64,000 nt of DNA, from positions 62,001 to 126,000 of the forward strand of contig JAQGDQ010002372.1 of the NCBI GenBank assembly GCA_030141605.1. Reading direction: 5' to 3'. The DNA is from Tubiluchus corallicola. Its lineage: Eukaryota; Animalia; Priapulida. The notes beneath the pieces are model-generated. The model saw only the letters and a list, made by a program, of their open reading frames with translations, was not told where the DNA came from and made no database searches. The position numbers were made by a program, and so were the translations under genes. Shown here piece by piece: positions 53,976-64,000 of the stretch; the stretch's first letter is position 1, and the number at the start of each line of letters is the position of its first letter.

Positions 53976-55437
53976 TTATGCATAATCACTTAGTCGTTTG
54001 GCTTCATTTACGTAAAGTGCACAACTTCTGTCCCATGCCGCGTGCGATTCGCCACAGTTTGCACACGTTAACTGTTCTGAAGTACACTCGTTTGATTCAT
54101 GCTTTCCTGAGCATTTTCCACATTTGGGGCCTCTAGTACACCATTTCGCAATGTGTTTGTACCCCTGACACTTAAAACATCTGAGTGGTCTTCTCTTAGG
54201 AGCAAACTCTTCTACCGAGCACATCATTTGACCGATTGGTATGCTTTCCTGGACTGCTTTTGTGAGATCGTCTCCTGTCTGGAACGTAACTTTCACTAAT
54301 GGCAAGTTTTTCCCGTCTTTTCTTTTGAAGCGTTCAATCTGGATGTTGTCATAGTATCTTTCTATATCAGAGCGTATTTCTGCGTCGCTCAAGCCCGTAT
54401 CACAGTCACGCAAGATCCCTATACGCGGAGATACTGGCTTTCTTACGCGAGTACCACCTCCCAAAAATTCTGGCTTCCAGTTCTTTATCATATCGTTTGC
54501 TGTTGTTTTGTCTGGGACTTGTAATTGAATTTTCCCTCTGGATGTTCTGAAGGCAATATCAAATTTCGTTCTCGGAAAATGTGCACACAAATTCTTCTTA
54601 ATGTTAATGCTGGAACTGACGAGATGTTTTTCGCTCACATTTTCTACAATGACAGTTTTATCAGGGTCATATGGACGAGGAGATACTTGTAGTGTTACTT
54701 GTCTTGGCTGTTTCAGAGAATGACGTTGGCAGGTTCTTTCTGACTGCATTGCTATATAAAGGTTTGCCAGTTTGGCCTGATATTATTTGTGACATCTTTT
54801 TGTCTAGGTTTACAACCAAGTTGTTAACTGTTTCCAGTTTTTCTAATGTTTGTTGCGAATTGTCATGTCCTCTCATAACATTTATGACTATCCTTAGTTT
54901 TTCAACATCTTTTGACTTCTTGATTAAATTTACAGCTAATGCTTTCATTTCTGTGACTGAGCTATATTCAGTGTCATCTGCCTCGCTAGTACTGCCGTCA
55001 TTGTCATCCTGTATGCTGTCATTATTATCGTTATCAACACCATCATAACTATCTACGTCAGAATCACCGTCAGCGTCGTTTACAGCAGAAAACCTGCCAT
55101 CGAGGGCGGCGCCACGCTCATTTGTTTGCTGGCTATTATAGCGTTGAGAGGCTTCGGACTGTTTTGTGTAGCAGCGGTTACAGATGACAGCAGTAAGTTT
55201 TGTAGGCCAAATAGGCGATGCAGTTTTTCTGCAAATATCGCAGGCTGTTTTCTTCGGATTTATGCATTGCTGACTAAGGTTTTCATCACAACTATGGGTA
55301 GCAGCACATTTAGCACATACAATAGCACTAATCTTTTTAGGTTGCACTGGTCTCTGGGTAGACCTACATATTTCGCAGCTCCGGCGTTCTTTGGCTTTGT
55401 GTTGTGTTTGAGATGCTAACTGGTCTGAATCCGCCAT
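53976..55437 (-). CDS. LINE ORF1 (gag-like) with two N-terminal C4 zinc fingers, an acidic tract, a coiled coil and 3 CCHC knuckles; one frameshift near 54700
   Basis: ATG at 55437 (agcATGG). The 261-aa and 257-aa ORFs overlap and most plausibly join. Knuckles: CFKCQGYKHIAKWC, CGKCSGKHESNEC, CANCGESHAAWDRSC. Confidence 0.85.
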
Positions 55438-55762
55438 GCTTCTGAGCCTCAAATAGGCCTGATTGTTGGCCTATTCAAAGTTGTTGACTGGCTTAATTAC
55501 CTAGTCCAACCAGTGCAGGTACAAGTGGCTATAGTTGCAATAATATTTTCTAAACAAATAGTTATTTCTTTACCTCAAGATTTCTGCCTGTCTTCAGGTT
55601 CTTTGCAGTTGAAAATATCACCAATGGATTGTTCACCACTTTACGATTGTCACACTATAAGTTTTGCCACAAAACTTTTCGATAAACTATTAAAAAAATT
55701 ATAGTTCGCTCGTAACGAAATACTCATGAGTCTATGTGAAGTCACGCTTCACGCGAGAGCGT

Positions 55763-56049
<287 letters not shown>

Positions 56050-56979
56050 AAATATAGATATAGACGTCTGCTGAAAACAGCAGTAAATCTACAGACGCAT
56101 ATAATAATGATTTCACTGCCATCTTAATTGCCAGTATCCGACATGCAGAGATTAATGACTTTTTGTATTCAATGGGAGAAAAGTATTTTGTCTCAGCTAC
56201 AAAAGCTGTGGAAGAACGGAAATTAATTCTAACTTGATAAGTACTTTCAAGAAATGCCCATTTTTCAATAAATTTTGATTTACATCACATGCTTTAAAAT
56301 TTGCCGACTTCTATAATGATGAGCTCGTAACACTTATAAGACGTAGTTTAAAAAAGGATGGTCAAATATTTCACCCATGAGTACTTTGAAAACGCATGTT
56401 TAGGTCACTCTTTTTGTTTTTTGTCAGTTTAGTTATTTCACCTACTACAAACAAACATTGAAGTTTTAGAGATAAGCTGATAAGACGATAAGATTTCAAT
56501 TATTGTTTGAGATATTGCTCATGATATGTTCATCGCTGTGAACTAATTCAATTTATGCTACAAATGCTTTACAGTGTCCTTAAGGACGTAATATATATTC
56601 CCAAGAACTCTGCACATTATCATGCGTTGTGGCGGAACAAACAGCGCAGCGATAACTGTGAGTGCTTAGTGACAGACAACTGGAGAAAACTGGATGGGTG
56701 ATCTTCAGGAAAGTCTGCTTTTGAGCAGTTGCATATAATGTACTGCTTCTGATTGTCTGAAGAACTGTTCATTGTGGCTAAGACCGTGATTCTGTCGGTT
56801 AGTAATTCATCTAAGAGGACTACTCTTGATAGATAAGCTAGGTTCCGGTCCTGCCACATAACCATTAGCGCAATCAGCAGGCCTAGGCTTAGTTTTTGAT
56901 GCTGCTTATCTGCTTGCAATGTACCGAACTTAAAATGATAGTGCAGTGTTTTAAAATTAAAATTAAATATCATTTTGCA

Positions 56980-57590
56980 CGTTATGATTTCTTCTTTTTC
57001 TTCAAGGTCCATTCCGTCTATTGTAGATATTGAGGCATTAACATTTATTAGAGTATTCTACCCGCTCCTGTCTGCAGCTAACAGCGTAAGTTCTTCTACT
57101 CCTAAAAATAGATTTGGTTGAAGTTGTTGAACATCTCTATTTATCTTAGTTATCGAAGTTGTTCTTGGTTTGCCAGGTAGTTTTGTGCAAGGTTTTAAGG
57201 CTTCCTTTAAGGCGATTCTTGCTAGTAAATCACTTAGTGATCTTAGAAGGTGTAATCTTAATCTTCGGATCTTGACTTGCTCCTATGCATTTCTTTTGTT
57301 TTTGTGTATAAATCTTCATTTTTGATTATGTATGGCCTTCTTAACTTTAGAACTTTCCTTAGAAGACTTCTGTGAAGCATGTCAATCTGCTTTTCTTGAG
57401 TAATTGTTAGATTCCATCATTCACTGTTGTGCATAAATATGCTGTTAAGGTCAGCATTAAATAATCGAAGTCTTATGTTAAGACAATTTCTTGCTAGTTA
57501 ATGTATTCTTGCGTTGAAGAAAAGCATGCATTGCTTGTTGCTTTTAATATCATATTCAGTGTTTAGAAAAGTGCCCATATACTTGCACTC
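56980..57590 (-). mobile_element. Degenerate RTE-type LINE 3' fragment
   Basis: The minus strand gives CKYMGTFL..., IRLRLFNADLNSIFMHNSE*WNLT..QEKQIDMLHRSLLR and ...LPGKPRTT, which are RTE C-terminal motifs. Confidence 0.7.
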
Positions 57591-57729
57591 TTATATATAT
57601 TACTGCCCATATATTACTGATGTCATTTTTAAGTGTTTTTAACAAGAGGCATAGATGCTCTTACGAATGTTTACTATGCTTACGTGCAACTAATTTTGAA
57701 ATATTGCTCCACTGAATCTATGTTCCTAG

Positions 57730-57915
57730 AACGCATATATTGGTGTTACTGATAAAATTCAAAATGTGCAAAAAGCATTCATACGCAGGTTGCTTTGCAA
57801 GTCTTCCAGAACGGGTTGCCCATAAAAGGAACGCATGCTCAATATGGACCCACTAGTACTTAGAAGGCTTAGAGCTGACCTGATTATAGTTTTCAAAATC
57901 TTAGGGTTGATGTAT
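57730..57915 (+). mobile_element. CR1-like 3' fragment
   Basis: DKIQNVQKAFIRRL ... LRRLRADLIIVFKI. Confidence 0.6.
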
Positions 57916-59444
57916 TTTTAATTGAAGCATTTGATTTTCGCAGTTAATTCACACTAAATTCAAACTACTTTAAAAACTGTAATTTCAATAATCATTTTAG
58001 AATTTTTCGTTAGTTTAGAGGATGCGCTTCGTAGAGCCACCCTGAATCCCAATGTACATACAATTTGTAAATATTTATTTTATAATAGTCACTAACAATT
58101 TACATGGTATATCTGTAAAAGTGTTTATTTTTGGTTCATTGATCGTAATTTTATAAAGCTTTAGATCATTAAAACTTTTATTGTACTAGCCCGTTGAGGC
58201 TCCTTAAGTCGCTATCGTAATGTTTGTATAATTGTGATTTCACGAAACTGATTTTTTTGAGCCTTGTTAACCCTGGTTGCTCCAGCGCTTTTAACTTTTT
58301 ACTATTTACTTGTGCATTATTATTTTGTTGAAAGTGCAAATAAAATTCATCCATTCATTCATTCATAAAATGACTACCCGGAAAACCGTTTTTCTTTACT
58401 CGCAAGCGATTTAGTGCCGAAATGCCTTCCGTCCGACTATTATGTTACAAGCGATTTATCGGATGCCTCCAATCCATAATTCATACCACGGTTTCATAAT
58501 GAAAATACGTTAATATACACGTAAAAGCTGTTTGGTTTTTCCTCAGTGGATAAACATCACATCAGTACCGCAAGGACCTACGTAACTAGGACGTATCGGT
58601 TTGAGAAAGGTAATAGAGGCGGTAATGAATAAATCAATAAAGCAAGTTTTGCTGTGTAAACTCAAACTACGTATGATATTCAGCCGTATTCAAAACGTGC
58701 TGACGATTTTTTAATTATTACTTATATACTTGTGGTCTATATATTGCCCCACTCATTTCTTAATGCTACTAGTTCCGGTAATGATATTATTACACAAACC
58801 GGCGATATGATAAAAATTACGTAACCGCCACAATTGAATGTTACTATAATTTTGAAAAACCTGCAACAATTTCTTGGTTGTTCCTGGCTTGTTACTAGTG
58901 TCATGGAGTGTAGTCTAATTTTATAACCTGTTTCATTGCCCACGCTAAAACCAACTAAATGAATCGTTTGAATAAACTTCAACAAGTTTTTTGTTTTGTT
59001 ATTGTTATATGGCGAGTCAAACTCCGGCCGTGCGGCTAAGGTGATTTATACATTGGCACATTCATGCGAACAATCACTCGATCATACTCGCACGCAAATC
59101 CCTCGAAATCGTGATAGGAAATTATTACGAGATGTTAATCACGCCAATTTAGCTGGAAGGCATTGATCTGTTCTCTTTGTAGCTGTGGATGTGTGAAGTT
59201 CAACGGATAAAGAGAAGCCTGCTAATTCTTGGAATAATACGCGTGGTCCGAGCTAATTAATTGTCTTGTATGGAACATGCCGCCTTGGTCTGTCATCACT
59301 TTCCTTTTTAACCATTGCTGTTATTACTGCAATTGTTATTGAGATGTACTTCATGAAAGTCCCGCTATCACTGAAACAAATAGTTATTATGGAATACCAG
59401 ACTTGTGCCTACAATACGCAGTGTTTGAAAATCATATTACTAAT

Positions 59445-59930
59445 GAAGAGGTTATAGGCCTTTCGGGGTGCACCTCGTAAAAACCCGCTGCCATTACAAA
59501 CGGACAGTCATTTGTGGAACACTCATTCCTACGATGTGCTGTGGTCGAAAGTGATGTTTCTGATGAAGCTGTTGTTAACCACATTTTTAAAACCAAAAAT
59601 GGGTACTCATTTGTGTACTGCCGATGATATACACCTATGATGTACAGTGGCCGAAAATCGTGTTCCTAACAAGGAGGTTATATGCCTTTTTGGGGGCACC
59701 TGTTTTAGGATCTATCCCTTGAAAGCCCCTCTCCCATTACAGACGGGTAGTCATTAGAAAAATTTTACACACCGTCTATGATATGGAGTGTTCGAAAGTC
59801 ATGTGTTATAGGCCTTTCTGGAGGTACATATTTTGGGATAATCATAAACGGGTAATCATTTGTGGACTGCCAGACTCGTACCTCCGATATGAAGTTGTCT
59901 CAAATCATGTTCCTGGTGAGGATGTTATCT
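59445..59930. repeat. Degenerate minisatellite, about 4 units of ~110-130 bp
   Basis: Recurring gttata.gccttt..gg.g (59451, 59677, 59805), ccattaca.acgg..agtcatt, and gat.tg..gtg..cgaaa.t..tgtt. Confidence 0.6.
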
Positions 59931-60214
59931 CGTCACTTGTTCTTGCTGGCAGTATGGCAGTGGTAGAGTTGCGGGCAGCGAGGCAGTGGTAGTATTGCTG
60001 TCGTTTTGTTGCTTTGTAGATCTTGTTCATGGTGATGGCTGTTTTAGTGTCGTTGTTTTTGCTGTTGATACTTCCGTTGTCATTACCGCCATCTTGTCAT
60101 CTTCGTAACTGGCATTACAATTGTCTTTGTTATTATTGCAGTCTTAATAGTGCTTCTGCTCTTGTGTGGCTAACTGTTGCCCTTTGTGCTTTTGCTGTCA
60201 TTGTACTTATTTGA

Positions 60215-60390
60215 TATTGTGACTTGTTCGTCGTTGTATTGCAATAGTTCCATTGTGTTGTATTGTATTGTATCGTTGTCGTGTCCTTGTTATTGTTGTT
60301 GCTGCTGTTGCTGTTATTATTGTCGTCGTTGTTATTGTTATTGTTACTCTTGCTATTGCTGTTGCTGCCATAGCTACTATTGGCGTTGCT
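60215..60390. repeat. Low-complexity (GTT/GCT/ATT)n
   Basis: Directly visible. Confidence 0.85.
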
Positions 60391-61569
60391 ACCACCCACA
60401 TCACTACTGTTCCTCTTACATATTTCTGGATAATATTAATTAGCTAAGCTTCAGCAGACTGTGCTTTGTGTAATTCACAATTGGCTTCACGTCCAAGACT
60501 GATACTCAGAATTCAGAAACTTGAATAAAAAGCACCCAATTATTATAATATCGCTATCCTACTTAATTAAAAACAAACCGTCCGCAGTCGTTGTGGGCGG
60601 TGAGACCTAGAAAAGGAATGCGGTTAAAAGCCACGCACGTGCGTCTTGTTAAATTATAAGAAGCTGCATAATAGTGACAGACAAACTGCCTTGGCAGTTA
60701 GCAGCAATTTTACGCGAAGCCAGGCTATAGACAACACATGCAGTGCGCGTTGCATTCAAGTACTGACGTTACTATACTTTATCGCTCCTTATTGTACAAT
60801 ATTAATTATGTTTGTGCGACGTTCATCTAAATAGTAACAAATGCGAAGTTTGACACAAACATAAATTTTTCTGATGATTTTGTTTCAAGTTTCGCTTGAA
60901 CGGTGACATTGTCATTAAAGTCTGGCCAGCAGTATGATATCTCTAATGCAAGCAGGTTTGGCCCAATAACGTGTGGCGATTGTTAGTGTCAGTGATAAGC
61001 CTCCCTAATATCGTTGACGTTTCTCTCATTAATCGCAGTAATTTCTAGGGCTTCAAATGAGTAAACCCGCCTGCAATATGAAGCCACTGAGCGGCATGTG
61101 AGATCGCATTACTTGCCGTGTGTGGGAACATTATGAATTCACACAAAAACAACTTGTGTGGCTAAAAATTTTAATTAGTCTTTATTGTGCTTACCTGCAT
61201 GACAGTTGTAATTTAGCTGTCATGAAAAGGGTCGAATATTTGCTGAGAATTTATGTAATTTGTTTTGTGACCCATTGATTTAAACACAACATTAAAATGA
61301 GGTTGAATCACTACTTGGTTTTTATTACGGTGTTACGAGACGTGTTGGTTGCATCCAGCACAGGATATGACGTTATTAACGAGGGAAGTAAGCTTGATGT
61401 TAATCGCTTGCAAAAGATTTTCGGATATAAATGGGAAGGTAAGTGCATTGCTCGATTACCACGATGATTGCTAATAGATGCACGTGTGTTGTTAATAGAT
61501 GTATCAACATCTATAGAGACTGTAAATATATTATTGCCCCAAAGTAAAATAAGAATGAAGTGTAATTTG

Positions 61570-61860
61570 ACCCGCTGAAAAGTTATTTTGCAAATAATTT
61601 CTGATAAGGTTAAGGGATGTACTGTTAAATCCAAGAAGTTTGAGATTATTGAGCAATAAAGCGTAGTTTAAACTGTTAAATGCTTTGCTTAGACCCAGAA
61701 ATGTTCTTACTATGTATTTGTTTTTGTCAAAATTTGATCTCCAATTTCGGTTAGCATTTAGTATTTCATTGATAGTTGAGTATTTTTTGAAGCCATTAAT
61801 GTAAATAACGATGTAAAAATTAATATAATTTATGTTGTATAATATAGTGTTATATAATAA
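61570..61860 (-). mobile_element. Degenerate LINE RT fragment (CR1/L2 group)
   Basis: FLGLSKAFNSLNYALLLNNLKLLGF...SLNLIRNYL is a decayed FLDLSKAFD.V.H..LL.KL...G motif. Confidence 0.7.
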
Positions 61861-63242
61861 CACTTTTTGTGCAACACGATAGAAGTGACAGAAAGTCTAT
61901 TTTTAAGTGTTTTTATGTTTTGTATGTAATTTTTGGCGCAACTGTTTTTGCTAAAATGTCAGATAAATTCCGACAAAGTTTTTAGTAATAGCATTTGCCA
62001 AGAACAGTTGTCGTAAAAGTCACTGAAATGGAGTGTTATCACTCTTGAATAAACAGTAAAAGTAGATGATATAACCACAAAAATGTCGAATTGAATTTAT
62101 GAAACTCTGTTACTTAAAAAGCGAACATACATAAATTGATCTATGGTGCACGCAGCCACGATGACACCCAGACCAAAGACGACAATGACAACAACAACGA
62201 CAGTGGCTGATTATTGTCGGTTGCGCTTTATTTTAATTATTTTTTACATAGATGGCTCGGGGTTGCTATCATCACATAACTTAACGTTTTACTGCACTTT
62301 CTGCAGAGAAGTTTTTATTATGCTTTCGAAGCTTAATGAAGACGCGCCGAGAAAATGCGTACTCTTAAAGTTTTAATCGAAAATTATCAGCAAAACTTAA
62401 TTTGCTGTGTGTGCGGTGGCAGCAAGTCCAGAAACAGCAGCTCCGGGAATGTATTTATCCAGGTTTATTACGTATTCGGTTTGTGCATTTTATTTTTTCG
62501 ACCAATATAATCACACAGAAATACCCATAAAGTGCCTGCGCTGTATAGATTGATGTCAACAAGAAAGCAATAAACAGGATCGTTTAATTCTTTCGAGTGA
62601 CGTGCATCCAATTTTATAAAACCTTAACTGTAGCTGGCAGGAGACACAATTTTGAAATTTCACCGCTTGTACAACATTTATTGTGTATCCAATCCATTTA
62701 GATTTTGCAAGGTTTCAATGTATAGCTGCTTTAACGCCAAAATAGTCGACGAAGTAGATGCAGTAAATTAATACCTATGTCTGAAAATTTTCATTTGATT
62801 TCAGCCAGAAAATGTCCGTAAGCTGAAAGCTAACATGTGTTACGGTTTTTTAAAAGAGCGTATTAATTTCCTCCCGGAACACACCCTGTACGTAGCTTTT
62901 AAGTATTTTGGAAGAACTGATGTTGGATTTAAAGCATATTTTAAAAAGCAAAAAGGTTTTCATATATATTTGAATTTTCCGGTGCACTGTACTGTCTTTG
63001 CAAGATTATTTTGATAATCGCAAACGTATAGGTGGAGATTGGAGCAGCATAATAGATAATCGTTTTTACATTTTTTGACATTTACAGTAAAATAAAAATA
63101 ATGAAATAAAATAAAATAAAATAAAATGTAACAGATTTAGCCCAATCTGGAAAAATAAATTAGAAAAAAAATTGGAAGCAGCTTAGGGAGGCCTTTAAGT
63201 CGCTGCTTGGCGGAAAACAATTTTGCGTGGTAAGCCAACACT

Positions 63243-63332
63243 TCGCCTGTTATCTTTTCACCAGTCTACTTTTTCGCCAGTTTACTTTTTTGCCAGTCTA
63301 CTTTTTCGCCAATCTATCTTTTCGTCAGTGTA
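63243..63332. repeat. Tandem ~17-bp repeat ttttcgccagtctactt, about 5 copies
   Basis: Directly visible. Probably a DNA-transposon subterminal array. Confidence 0.7.
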
Positions 63333-64000
63333 TCGTGACTAACACTGACCTAGAAGTCACCATTGCCAATTAGGTGTCGATATGGTTTCATTTGAACACT
63401 TTGTGAACGGAAGATATAAGTCCTACAGAGGCGTGCCATAGCCATATATCGTTCGATTCGCAATAAAACGTAGAACCTGATGCACTGTGTCAAAATCGCT
63501 AGTCGCCTTTCATTTAGCCAGAAAATGGCAATAAATAGGATGTCCGGTCGAAAATTTGACATTCAGTATCTGCTGTTATTTTCGTTTTGCGATTTTAGTT
63601 TCTGAGATACGCATCTTTTTTTGGAATAACTCAAAAACTACACAGAGCTACTCCACTAAATTTGGTGTGTTTGTAGCTAGCGCCTGCTGACCTGCTTGAG
63701 TTATGAGCCAAAAATCATCCAAATATGTCCATCTTTGATAAATCTTAATTCCTACAAGAAACGCCACCTACCAAGATCGCGCTGAGTGGTGATTGTTCGA
63801 TCAATAACTTGCTACCTAGCCGCCACCACCACCGGGCTGCTACGCTATGCACGTTTTTCTGGTACATGTCGGTACCATACTTATACTATCAGGTTAGCAA
63901 GTATCGACATGGTTTCCTTTAAACGCTGTCTGAACGAAAACCGTAAGTCCCACAGAGACGTACCATATATCATTTGATTCGCAATGAAACGTAGAATGAG

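Noticed and set aside
56820-56900. Possible self-cleaving ribozyme near the RTE fragment
   Set aside because: I could not build a complete HDV-like or hammerhead core by eye; an Infernal/RNArobo search would be needed.

Overview
AT-rich, intron-rich animal (probably invertebrate) genomic DNA; the species cannot be determined from the sequence. Host genes: (1) two tandem + strand paralogs encoding Ly6/uPAR three-finger proteins (LYPD6-like; 12 Cys in the complete copy), one with only its last exon visible (2286-2539) and one complete with 3 exons (8065-16916, 159 aa); (2) a complete 20-exon ABCB6/HMT-1 half ABC transporter (30147-45748, 855 aa). Most of the rest is transposable elements: nested PIF/Harbinger copies, a near-identical 0.9-kb tandem duplication, a decayed CR1/L2-type LINE split by a solo LTR with a 5-bp TSD, hAT and Tc1/pogo MITEs, RTE/CR1 fragments and microsatellites. 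The most unusual feature is a young, apparently full-length I-group LINE on the - strand (50283-55764). It sits inside a (TC)n/(GA)n microsatellite, shows no RNase H, and carries two GATA-like C4 zinc fingers at the N-terminus of ORF1, a candidate microsatellite-targeting module. All calls come from manual reading and translation; no database searches were run.
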